A DNA stretch of 64,000 bases from Octopus sinensis (Eukaryota). Below the pieces are notes generated by a model. The model did not search any database and was not told where the DNA came from. It saw only the letters and a program-made list of their open reading frames with translations. The DNA is taken from contig NC_043002.1 of the NCBI RefSeq assembly GCF_006345805.1, forward strand, positions 68,138,001-68,202,000, given 5' to 3'. A program made the position numbers and the translations under genes. Below are positions 54,701 to 61,687 of the stretch, piece by piece; position 1 is the first letter of the stretch; every line of letters starts with the position of its first letter.

Positions 54701-55495
54701 TTAATGAAATAAGTACCAGTGAAATGGGGTCAACGTAATTAACTAACCCCACCACATATGACTTCAGGCCTCGTGCCTATAGTAGAAAGAGTTGTTATTG
54801 TTATTGCTGTTGTAATGATTCATTTGAAAAATATATATATTTCAGTGTACAAGGACGGGACGCCGAATGCATTTTTGCAAAAGGGCAAGAAGACAAAGCC
54901 AAACGAAGACACATGGCTGAAAAGACATATGAAAATTAAAATTTAATTTCATTAAATCCTAAGTACCAAACTGGTGAATTGGTCATTAAACTATGTAGGT
55001 AGGAATGTTTTTCTTTTTGTTTTTATTATTATGTTTGTCTGGCTTTTTGTCCATTTGACTTTATGTCCATTCAGATTTTTTGTACTTCGGCGAAAGTACA
55101 TTCAGTATCCTGTCCGCACATGTATTTCAGAATATTTTTATGTTGGAATTTTGAAATAGGAAAGTTGTTCATTCAAATATTCCAAGAACATGAATTGACA
55201 GTTAAAAAAAAAATTTCATTCATAATAGACTTGCAACAGTTGTTACTATTATCAGAATAATTATACAAGCAAGCTTGAAATATTCAGAATGCCTACATAT
55301 ATGATATAAACTTCATTCTTAATTACTGGGAAGGTAATGAAAATACCAGCAAAGTTTTGTTACCAAGAGTTGATCAAGCAAGCTAGTAGTAGAAATAGTA
55401 GTGGTAGTGGTCATAGTTATCATCATTGTTGCAGGTGGTGGTAATAGTAATAGCAGTGGTGGTGACAGTAGCAGCAGCAGAGGAGGAGGTGGGAA

Positions 55496-55528
<33 letters not shown>

Positions 55529-58500
55529 AGCAATGTCTTGGGAAAAAACAAAAAGAACAATTGCAATCTATGATGGCCAAGCCATTTTATCCTGATAGTC
55601 TTTTGAAATTGCTGGAGAAGTGCCAAAATTTGAAACCATTATAATTATTACCTCTGCCTTAGCGAAGGTGGAGGTATTGTTTTCAGTTATGTTTGTTTGT
55701 CCATGGACAAGATGTCTCATGAACCGCTGGGTGGATTCAAATGAAACTTTCAGGGATGTTTGGCCTCATGACTAGCACAAACTAATTAAATTTTGGGATC
55801 AATCTGGTACCTGACAAATATTGTGGATTATTTGTTATATTTACTTTACATGATTACGATCTTACATTAACTTTCAAGTCTTTCTCAATTATCTTCCTTT
55901 AGGCTGTAACTATTTTGAACGGTGAATTTGTTAACTTTGGCTTGTATTAGATAAGGATAAACTATTTATTATTGTTACTAAATTTTCTACAGCCACCTTC
56001 ACATTCCATGACTACCATTGCGATTGATCAGGTGCTGGACAAGGATTCTGGATTATCTTTCCTGTTTTTTATTTAACTTTTGAGAGCAGTCAGGTTCATT
56101 TTCAGCATTCTTGTTTATTTCAGATATTCTCATTTTAAAAATCATCTCTGGCTAATCGTTGAGAGGACGTTGGTGTTGCCTTGGTGGAAGCTTGCACTCT
56201 CCGAGTGCTCTTATTATTATTCCACCAAGATATCAACTTTACCTTTCATCCTTCCAGCACTAGGGGTCAATGTAACAGCCCTACCCTCTCTCTGAAAATT
56301 GCCAAAGTTTGAAACTAATATTAGTGATCAAAATGTCTTTTAATTAAGTATTTAATTTTGTTGAATCATAGCAGGGCAGGCACTGGAAAAACGGTAGTAA
56401 ATGTGTGAGTCTTCATGTTTGTATCTGCCCCCACCCACTACTTGACAACTGGTGTTGGTGTGTTTATATCCCCTTAAATTAGCGGTGCAGCAAAAGGGAC
56501 TGATAGAATAAGTACTCGGATAAAAAAAAAAAAGTACTGGGGTTAATTCATTTAACTAAAAGTTCTTCAAGGTATAGGCGTAGGAGTGACTGTGTGCTAA
56601 GTAGCTTGCTTACGAACCACATGGTTCCGAGTTCAGTCCCACTGTGTGGTGCCTTGGGCAAGTGTCTTCTACTATAGCCTTGAGTCGACCAAAGCCTTGT
56701 GAGTGGATTTGGTAGACAGAAACTGAAAGAAGTCCATCGTATATATGTATATATATATGTTTGTGTGTGTGTATACGTTTGTGTGTCTGTGTTTGTCCCC
56801 CAACATCACCTGACAACCGATGCTGGTGAGTTTACGTCCCCATAACTTAGCGGTTCGGCAAAAAATACCAATAGAATAAGTACTAGGCTTACAAAGAATA
56901 AGTCCTGGGGTCGATTTGCTCGACTAAAGGTTTTGCTCCAGCATGGCCACAGTCAAATGCAGCATTTCTCAACCTGGGTTCCCTGGAACCCTAGGGTTCT
57001 GCGAGAAAGAGTGAGATATGCTAATGCTAATTTCATGATCGTAATATTACTATACATGCACAGCATATTATTGGTTATTGTAATACTGTAATATAGACAT
57101 CATCCTATCTAACCTATTATGTTATCAAAAAAATATAACAATCATAAATTTATATTTAATGATGTCTGTATAGAGAGAAAGAGTAAAGATCGTTTGCCAA
57201 CATAAAATGGCAGTCCTGGTTTAGGATGAATGTTGCTGTAATTTAGCCCCAGGAGACATCATCTCCAGCTGGCTATATGACACGATCTGTGTCTTTATAT
57301 TTTCGAGCAATGGCATTTAGTACCCCCACTCAGCTCAAAACAATATCTGTGTATCACAAATTCCAGGTTATTTCCTTTCATCAGCACAGAATAACTGTTT
57401 AGCTGGCACTGCCAAATTCCTGTTCAAAATATATAGTTTTCAAAGTGACAACTAGTCACTCATCTATAAAATAGAAAATTACTATTTTTAAATCTCTCAA
57501 CGAGAGAAATTCAGCAACAGCACTCTAGAGTAAAGATTGTTTGCCAACATAACATGACAGTCCTTGTCTAGGACGAATGTTGCTGTAATTTAGCTCCAGG
57601 AGGACATCATCTCCAGCTGGCTATACAACATGATCTATGTCCTTATATTCTTGAACGAGACTGCCACGTTATGTCAGCAAACAATCTTTAGAGTACTGTT
57701 ACTGAATATCTCTCGTTGAAAAATTTACAAATAGTAATTTTATATATATATATATATATGATATCTACCACATGAACTATAATGAAAAAATTATGATAAA
57801 GATATAGTATATAATTTTTTTTGTGCAAGGGTTCCTTGAGACATGTAATTTATTTTAAGGGTTAGGCAAAGGTAAAAAGGCTTAGAAACACTGGTCTAAT
57901 GACTGAAACAAGTAGAAGATAAAAGATATTAAATAATACTGTGAGATGTGTCTTACTCCGAGTAATATTTTTTTTTTAGCAAGATTTAAATTTAAGCTTT
58001 CTAACTACTAGACTTGTATGACAAGTAACCAGTCAGTTTCACATCCTAAACTGTGTCAGTCTTTCATTCTTAGACTGTCTGGTATTATTTTACAGCCTTG
58101 GAGCCATGAAAGAATCAGTCAACCTTCTGTTAAGTATGAATTTCAATGTTCTTATATTTGTGTCAACTTACCCACCCAAATTAAATAAAAGAAACAGCTG
58201 GAAGGAGCTAAATCAACAGACAGAACAATGATTATATAGACGCCCCATGCCTTTATAACACGCCTACCCAAACACAACTGAATGAATAGGTGTTCTTAAC
58301 AATCAGTCATCATCATCATCATCATCATTGTTTAAAATCCACAATTCCATGCCTGCATGGGTCAGACAGAATATGTTAAGGCAGATTATCTCCATCCAAG
58401 TCCCCCACCTGTCACAAATCATCACTTATTTCCAAGTAAGGTAATATTTCCCCATAGCCAGATATGTTTTACATGCAAGACTGGAAACAAATATTTATGC

Positions 58501-59247
58501 TTATTTATCATAATTGTAGGATGTCAAATCGAGAGGGTACACACATGCGCACACATTTGCACATGCACACACGCACACACACACACATATGCACACGTGA
58601 CAGGCTTTTGTCAGTTTCCGTCTACTGAATCCACTCACAAGCCTTTGGTTGGCCCAGGGCTATAGTAGAAGACACTTCTTCAAGGTGATACAAGTGTCTT
58701 ATAGTACAGTAGTAACAGAAATTAAATTTTAACTTAAGAGCAAGCAAACCTTGTTTATAGAGTGTAAAATACAAGAAAATTCATACAATAGGACTCTATA
58801 TCAGTGGATATGAGCTTAGAGTGTTGGACTGATGTTCACATGATTATCAGTTCAAACCTATTATGCTGTACTCTTACACAAATTATTGATATGCTATTAT
58901 GTCAGCCTCAGATCTGTTAATGAACAAGAGGTACCACTTCCACCCTAAACTGGTAAAAAAAGGAATCTTGCTCTGAAAACAAAACAATTACTCAACCAAT
59001 ATACAAATATCCAAGTTAGTTAAAAGTATTTCAACTAACATGGAGGTGCACAAGTTTGTGATTAATTAATTGGAAAATTAATTGAAAAAAACACAGAGCA
59101 TCTCAACAGAAATATGGTAACAAAAGGGATAAGCAACAGAATAGAAATTATAGTTTTAGTAACAGTTTTTGATACATACATCATTGTAAGTTAACCACGT
59201 GTAAGGGGCAGTCGGATTTGGTCGCCACCCTAAGAGTTTTCCAGACA
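10660..59247 (-). CDS. ACSL: Long-chain-fatty-acid--CoA ligase (ACSL1/5/6-like), 5'-partial, 19 coding exons
   Basis: Manually spliced exons give one open frame (1784 nt) with YTSGTTGxPKG AMP-binding loop, SYLPLAHxYE gate, [40 protein letters not shown] and GLLTPTMK; all junctions GT-AG with matching phases. Confidence 0.97.
12035..12630 (+). mobile_element. CR1-clade LINE 3' fragment (degenerate)
   Basis: [12 protein letters not shown]...[18 protein letters not shown]..., RGHAYK...[14 protein letters not shown], typical CR1 ORF2 C-terminus, with stops and frameshifts. Confidence 0.8.
12909..12980 (-). CDS. ACSL: ACSL exon R (72 nt): [24 protein letters not shown]
   Basis: ttattacag|AGA...CAG|gtaagt. 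Confidence 0.95.
13846..14180 (+). mobile_element. RTE-LINE-3'-derived short repeat with (ATG)n tail; representative of more than 15 copies (e.g. near 2400-2765, 17510-18142, 23840-24192, 29385-29752, 31590-32230, 44486-44870)
   Basis: Shared AGGAAGGGCATCCAGCTGTAGAAAC...CCAACCCATGCCAGCATGGAAA...TTAAACGATGATG plus internal ~60-bp subrepeats. Confidence 0.9.
14813..14920 (-). CDS. ACSL: ACSL exon Q (108 nt): [36 protein letters not shown]
   Basis: tgtatcag|TCT...CCT|gtaagc. Confidence 0.93.
16194..16283 (-). CDS. ACSL: ACSL exon P (90 nt): [30 protein letters not shown]
   Basis: tctcaacag|GGA...CAA|gtaagt. Confidence 0.96.
16603..16823. mobile_element. Tc1/mariner-type MITE
   Basis: TA-flanked TIRs TGAGTGGGTGCTGAAAGGTTCCTGG / CCAGGAACTTTTCAGCACTCACTCA. 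Confidence 0.75.
17365..17418 (-). CDS. ACSL: ACSL exon O (54 nt): [18 protein letters not shown]
   Basis: ctttccag|AAT...CAG|gtaatg. Confidence 0.96.
19061..19177 (-). CDS. ACSL: ACSL exon N (117 nt): [39 protein letters not shown]
   Basis: attttcag|ATT...CCA|gtaagt; FACS signature. Confidence 0.97.
20133..20254 (-). mobile_element. tRNA-derived SINE head (another copy at about 23108-23290, +)
   Basis: GGAGGCGCAATGGCCCAGTGGTTAGG (A box)...GGTTTCGATTCCC (B box), no complete cloverleaf. Confidence 0.8.
20449..20537 (-). CDS. ACSL: ACSL exon M (89 nt): [29 protein letters not shown]
   Basis: tttttacag|GA...GAG|gtatgt. Confidence 0.96.
21935..22187. mobile_element. hAT-like MITE interrupting a Penelope-like inverted repeat
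   Basis: CAGTGGTTCTCA start and decayed matching end; flanks 21820-21933 and 22270-22400 are inverted copies of each other. Confidence 0.5.
22472..22544 (-). CDS. ACSL: ACSL exon L (73 nt): [24 protein letters not shown]
   Basis: ctttcaaag|ATA...G|gtaaga; EGYGQTE. Confidence 0.96.
23593..23743 (-). CDS. ACSL: ACSL exon K (151 nt): [24 protein letters not shown]...[21 protein letters not shown]
   Basis: tatttcag|A...ATG|gtaagt; inside ORF 23494..23835. Confidence 0.96.
25370..25712. mobile_element. pogo/Tigger-like MITE
   Basis: TA-ended TIRs TACCATATTTGATGGCCTATAAGAC / GTCTAATAGGCCATCAAATACAGTA. Confidence 0.75.
26047..26129 (-). CDS. ACSL: ACSL exon J (83 nt): [27 protein letters not shown]
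   Basis: ttttgacag|ATT...AG|gtaagc; phase 2 end matches next exon. Confidence 0.9.
26540..26927 (-). mobile_element. Abundant ~400-bp tRNA-headed SINE with internal microsatellite; representative (also near 11010-11390, 20655-21045, 24490-24870, 28780-29172, 56575-56960, 60700-61085)
   Basis: Minus strand GGCGCAGGAGTGGCTGTGTGGTAAG...GGTTCAGTCCCACTG...GACTGAAACAAGTAAAAG, repeated across the window. Confidence 0.9.
28222..28356 (-). CDS. ACSL: ACSL exon I (135 nt): [45 protein letters not shown]
   Basis: tgttttag|GTG...AAA|gtaaga; RPT.F..VPRLLNR. Confidence 0.96.
30082..30153 (-). CDS. ACSL: ACSL exon H (72 nt, fatty-acid gate): [24 protein letters not shown]
   Basis: ttctgcag|CAT...CAA|gtaagt; D-x4-Y-LPLAH-x2-E. 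Confidence 0.96.
30471..30700 (+). mobile_element. SINE with Meta/MESC-like central domain; well-preserved copy (others near 95-310, 13165-13385, 39783-39980, 42178-42410, 54355-54570, 62225-62412)
   Basis: GGCGGCGAGCTGGCAGAA...GAGTTCAAATTCC...GCCTTTCATCCTTTCGGGGTCGATAAAATAAGTACC; domain name from recall. Confidence 0.75.
31018..31088 (-). CDS. ACSL: ACSL exon G (71 nt): [23 protein letters not shown]
   Basis: tttgtag|GT...ATG|gtatgt; PKG..LTH. Confidence 0.94.
32672..32723 (-). CDS. ACSL: ACSL exon F (52 nt): [17 protein letters not shown]
   Basis: ttgttcag|CCT...G|gtaagt; first half of AMP-binding signature. Confidence 0.95.
33266..33524 (+). mobile_element. tRNA-derived SINE with (TAA)n spacer and decayed hammerhead-like 3' module
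   Basis: A box TGGCATAGTGG 33273, B box GTTCGATTCC 33318; TTGAAGA A GGCTGG..TCAGCC AAAA CGCG at 33433-33468; tail AAATGTAAATAATGTAAATAAT. Confidence 0.65.
33594..33626 (-). CDS. ACSL: ACSL exon E (33-nt mini-exon): [11 protein letters not shown]
   Basis: tttctattccag|AAA...GTG|gtaaat; phase 0-0; fills the LG..N..P segment before the P-loop. Confidence 0.85.
36680..37155 (+). mobile_element. LINE (RTE-like) ORF2 C-terminal fragment
   Basis: ORF 36634..37185: [17 protein letters not shown]...[11 protein letters not shown]...[11 protein letters not shown]...MMDREVW. Confidence 0.85.
38098..39610 (-). mobile_element. 5'-truncated RTE-type LINE with PHD-like Cys/His finger, intact C-terminal frame (38698-39609) and (ATG)n tail
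   Basis: [10 protein letters not shown]...CSIC..CTKC..HKRC..CGRC...FRYLG...MLHGSETW...RRLRWYGHV...GRGRPRKTW. Confidence 0.93.
40131..40303 (-). CDS. ACSL: ACSL exon D (173 nt): [12 protein letters not shown]...[10 protein letters not shown]
   Basis: ctttctatag|CC...GAG|gttagt; overlaps ORF 40020..40331. Confidence 0.92.
41445..41544 (-). CDS. ACSL: ACSL exon C (100 nt): [33 protein letters not shown]
   Basis: ttttccag|TTT...CAAG|gtttga; PLYDTLG motif. Confidence 0.95.
45032..45133 (-). CDS. ACSL: ACSL exon B (102 nt): [34 protein letters not shown]
   Basis: atttcag|GTA...GAG|gtttgt; GIYSQNxPE motif. Confidence 0.93.
45270..46172 (+). mobile_element. Older degenerate copy of the same RTE LINE 3' end
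   Basis: VKFRELL...KGRLYDA...[11 protein letters not shown] with stops, then the shared 3' UTR and (GAT)n. Confidence 0.88.
46845..47244 (-). mobile_element. Penelope-like inverted-repeat remnant with hammerhead motif (47056-47113)
   Basis: 32-bp perfect inverted repeat 46925-46956/47213-47244; CTGAAGA GGGG...CCCC GAAA TTG GAC. Confidence 0.7.
47544..48386 (+). mobile_element. Tc1/mariner DD37D (maT-like) transposon, internally deleted
   Basis: TIRs CAGGGTG.../...CACCCTG; WQNDSAPCH...[13 protein letters not shown] with 37 residues between the last two catalytic Asp; in-frame stops. Confidence 0.85.
48588..48641 (-). ncRNA. Minimal type I hammerhead motif (core intact, helix II irregular)
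   Basis: CACGTG CTGAAGA [25 nt] GAAA C TG GTC CACGTG. Confidence 0.65.
49526..49757. mobile_element. piggyBac-like MITE (copies at 59612-59827 and many fragments)
   Basis: TTAA-CCCTTTCGTTAC...GTAACAAAGGG-TTAA. Confidence 0.75.
51201..51502 (-). mobile_element. Palindromic Penelope-like insertion with 12-bp TSD
   Basis: TGAATGTTAAAT at 51189-51200 and 51503-51514; ~95-bp inverted arms 51260-51354/51409-51504. Confidence 0.8.
51340..51390 (-). ncRNA. Variant minimal hammerhead ribozyme (G3-C8 core)
   Basis: TTTGTCA GTGAACA G GTCGT GGTCTTAAA GCGAT GAAA A TA T TT TGACAAA. Confidence 0.6.
53610..53843. repeat. GC-rich minisatellite, ~29-30-bp unit, ~8 diverged copies
   Basis: Unit like GATGGAGGGGGGCTTTGTGGTGGTGCCACGCGT. 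Confidence 0.9.
54853..55115. mobile_element. Unclassified MITE with imperfect ~26-bp TIRs
   Basis: GGACGGGACGCCGAATGCATTTTTGC vs reverse complement of right end GGACAGGATACTGAATGTACTTTCGC. Confidence 0.5.
55645..56212 (+). mobile_element. Helentron-derived (DINE/HINE-like) non-autonomous element
   Basis: 5' ACCTCTGCC..GGTGGAGGT hairpin, subterminal GGTGGAAG, 3' hairpin GCACTC-TCC-GAGTGC, T-rich flanks. Confidence 0.65.
56960..57893. mobile_element. hAT (Charlie-like) MITE with 8-bp TSD, inserted in a SINE; partial copy at 37975-38060
   Basis: CAGCATTTCTCAA...CTTAGAAACACTG; flanks GTCAAATG / GTCTAATG. Confidence 0.75.
57180..57741 (-). mobile_element. 347-bp partial tandem plus inverted Penelope/retrozyme-like element with hammerhead (57346-57390)
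   Basis: Direct repeats from 57180 and 57527; 57658-57741 is an inverted copy of 57475-57562; TCTGTG CTGATGA AAGG AAATAA CCTG GAAT T TGTG ATA CACAGA. Confidence 0.75.
59180..59247 (-). CDS. ACSL: ACSL coding exon A (68 nt), most 5' found: [22 protein letters not shown]
   Basis: ttctaattacag|TG...GAT|gtatgt; resembles the ACSL CLGxR..PYxWxxY segment; phase fits next exon. Confidence 0.88.
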
Positions 59248-60089
59248 CTGTAATTAGAAATAAAAGAATCATTTAGATGGTGTACTGCTTAAAAGAAAAT
59301 TGAAAATATTACAATATAAAGAAGTTTTCATAGCTTGCAACATAGCAATTAGCCAGATCTACTGGACTTATTTATAACTGAGGTGAATTTACTTTTCAAC
59401 ACTTTACCTGATGTTGATGAAACTGCCTTTGGTTCTCTGATACAAATTTCTTGTTTTAGAGTGGTTTAAATTAAAACCTTCCATCAAAATTTCATGTTAA
59501 TTTATATTCTAAACACCAGCTTAATAATTTCAAAGCTATTTTGTTTTCATTATTTTCCAAATGAAATGAAACAATAGCGGTGTATTTCATAAGAAATATG
59601 GTAACAAAAAGTTAACCCTTTCATTACTGTATTTATTTTCAGATGCTGTGTTTCTTTCAATTAATTTTAAATATAACAAAGAATTTAGTAAAATAACTTA
59701 GTTATCATTAAGCTGGTGTTAGGAACAAATTGTGACTAAGGTTTGGTAGAAGATTTTAATTCAAAACAAGACATTTGTACTAAAGGGCCAGAGGTAGTTT
59801 CAGTCAGGTTGGTATTGAAAAGATTAAAGCTTTGATTAGTTTCAATTTCAAACAATTTACTAATCATGATCATTATCATAGCTATAACTATTACCAACAG
59901 TAGCACCAGATAGTAACAATATGGACTGTAGAATAAAATGTCTCAGGAGCTGAAGAAAAGAAGTCATCAAAGGCAAAACTGTGTGGTGAAGAAGCTCACT
60001 GTGCAAGCATGTGGTTACAGCTTCAATCCCACTGTGCAGTACTTGGGTGTGTCTTCTGCTATAGCCCCAGGCCAACCAATGCCTTCTTG

Positions 60090-60579
60090 AGCTGGAGGAG
60101 TGTGTCCTCCTGGGGCTAAAAACTACAGTAGCATCCAACCTTAGGGGTAGCCATATTGAGATGGCAAATATACGTCACGATGTGTTACCGCTACTGTATA
60201 TAACTCACTTTGATATTTATCATTGTTTGATTTCACTTTTTCAATATCAGCGACAGTGGACGCTGGAAAAAGTATAAGTATTTGTGAAGGAAATCTAATT
60301 CTCGCCGACAACTATGATTGTCACACGCTGACGAGAGGTCAATACCTCGAAACTCGAGTCCGTGTGTATCATAAGTTGAAGACGGGAAGGATGACTTCCC
60401 TTTGCAAATACTGACAGGACACAGAAAGTGTGTCTATGGCCAGCTGGAGGAGTGTGTCCTCCTGGGGCTAAAAACTACAGTAGCATCCACCCTTAGGGGT
60501 AGCCATATTGAGATGGCAAATATACGTCACGATGTGTTGCCGCTACTGTATATAACTCACTTTGATATTTATCATTGTT
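60090..60579 (+). mobile_element. 352-bp-period partial tandem (pseudo-LTR/retrozyme-like) element
   Basis: 138-bp direct repeats 60090-60227 and 60442-60579 differing at 2 positions; hammerhead between them. Confidence 0.88.
60322..60366 (+). ncRNA. Canonical minimal type I hammerhead ribozyme, predicted cleavage after C60360
   Basis: CACACG CTGACGA GAGGT CAAT ACCTC GAAA C TCGA GTC CGTGTG; all core nucleotides and helices intact. Confidence 0.9.
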
Positions 60580-60589
60580 ATATATATAT

Positions 60590-60643
<54 letters not shown>

Positions 60644-61367
60644 TATATATATATGTATATATAAATATATATATATATGTATGTGTGTGTATATATTTGT
60701 GTGTCTGTGTTTGTCCCTCTAGCATTGCTTGACAACCGATGCTGGTGTGTTTACGTCCCCGTCACTTAGTGGTTCGGCAAAAAAGACCGATAGAATAAGT
60801 ACTGGGCTTACAAACAATAAGTCCCGGGGTCAATTTGCTCGACTAAAGGCGGTGCTCCAGCATGGCCACAGTTAAAATGACTGAAACAAGTAAAAGAGAG
60901 TAAGAGTACATACACATACACACTATCAGCTTCTTTCAGTTTCTGTCTACCAAATCCACTCAAAAGGCTTTGGTCAACTCAAGGCTATAATAGGAGACAC
61001 TTGCCCGAGGTACCACATAGAGGGACTGAACTCAGAACCATGTGGTTAGGAAACAAGCTTCTTACCACACACCCATTCCTGCACCTATATAAATATATAT
61101 ATACTTGAGAAGAAGACCCATCAAGCCATGCAAAATAACAGTCATGACAGATACTGGTGTCATGCAAATGGCACCCATGCCAGTGGTACATAAAACCACC
61201 CATCACACTCTCGGAGTGGTTGGTGTTAGGAAGGGCATCCAGCCATAGAAAACCATGCCAAATCAGACTGGAATCTGGTGCAGCCTTCCAGCTTACTAGC
61301 CCTGGTCAAACCATCCAACCCATGCCAGCATGGACAACAGATGTTAAATGATGATGATGATGATGAC

Positions 61368-61605
61368 ATTTGAAAAAATGAGTAGAATGGCTTTTGTTTG
61401 GATAATTTTTATTTTAATAATAATGTTTACAGTAAGTTATATGCCATATTTTGGTGGAGTTTGCCCCTTCATCAGCATCCATCTAACCCTGCTGATGGAG
61501 GGGAAAACCCCCCTGAAATATGGCATATAATTCACGGTAAACATTATTATTAAGATAAAAATGAACCAACCAAAAAAAACAACATTTCTACTCATTTTTT
61601 CAAAT
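61368..61605. repeat. ~110-bp-arm inverted repeat, each arm with a decayed hammerhead-like motif
   Basis: 61368-61476 vs 61491-61605; CTGATGG AGGGG AAAACC CCCCT GAAA TATGGCATA on +. Confidence 0.75.
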
Positions 61606-61637
61606 ATATAATACACTACCAAGAACTTGCTTTTTCT

Positions 61638-61687
<50 letters not shown>

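Noticed and set aside
59894-59950. AG/GT-bounded segment LLRHFILQSILLLSGATV as the next upstream ACSL exon
   Set aside because: Phase fits but there is no resemblance to the expected TLYE.F.RG segment; true exon likely outside the window.
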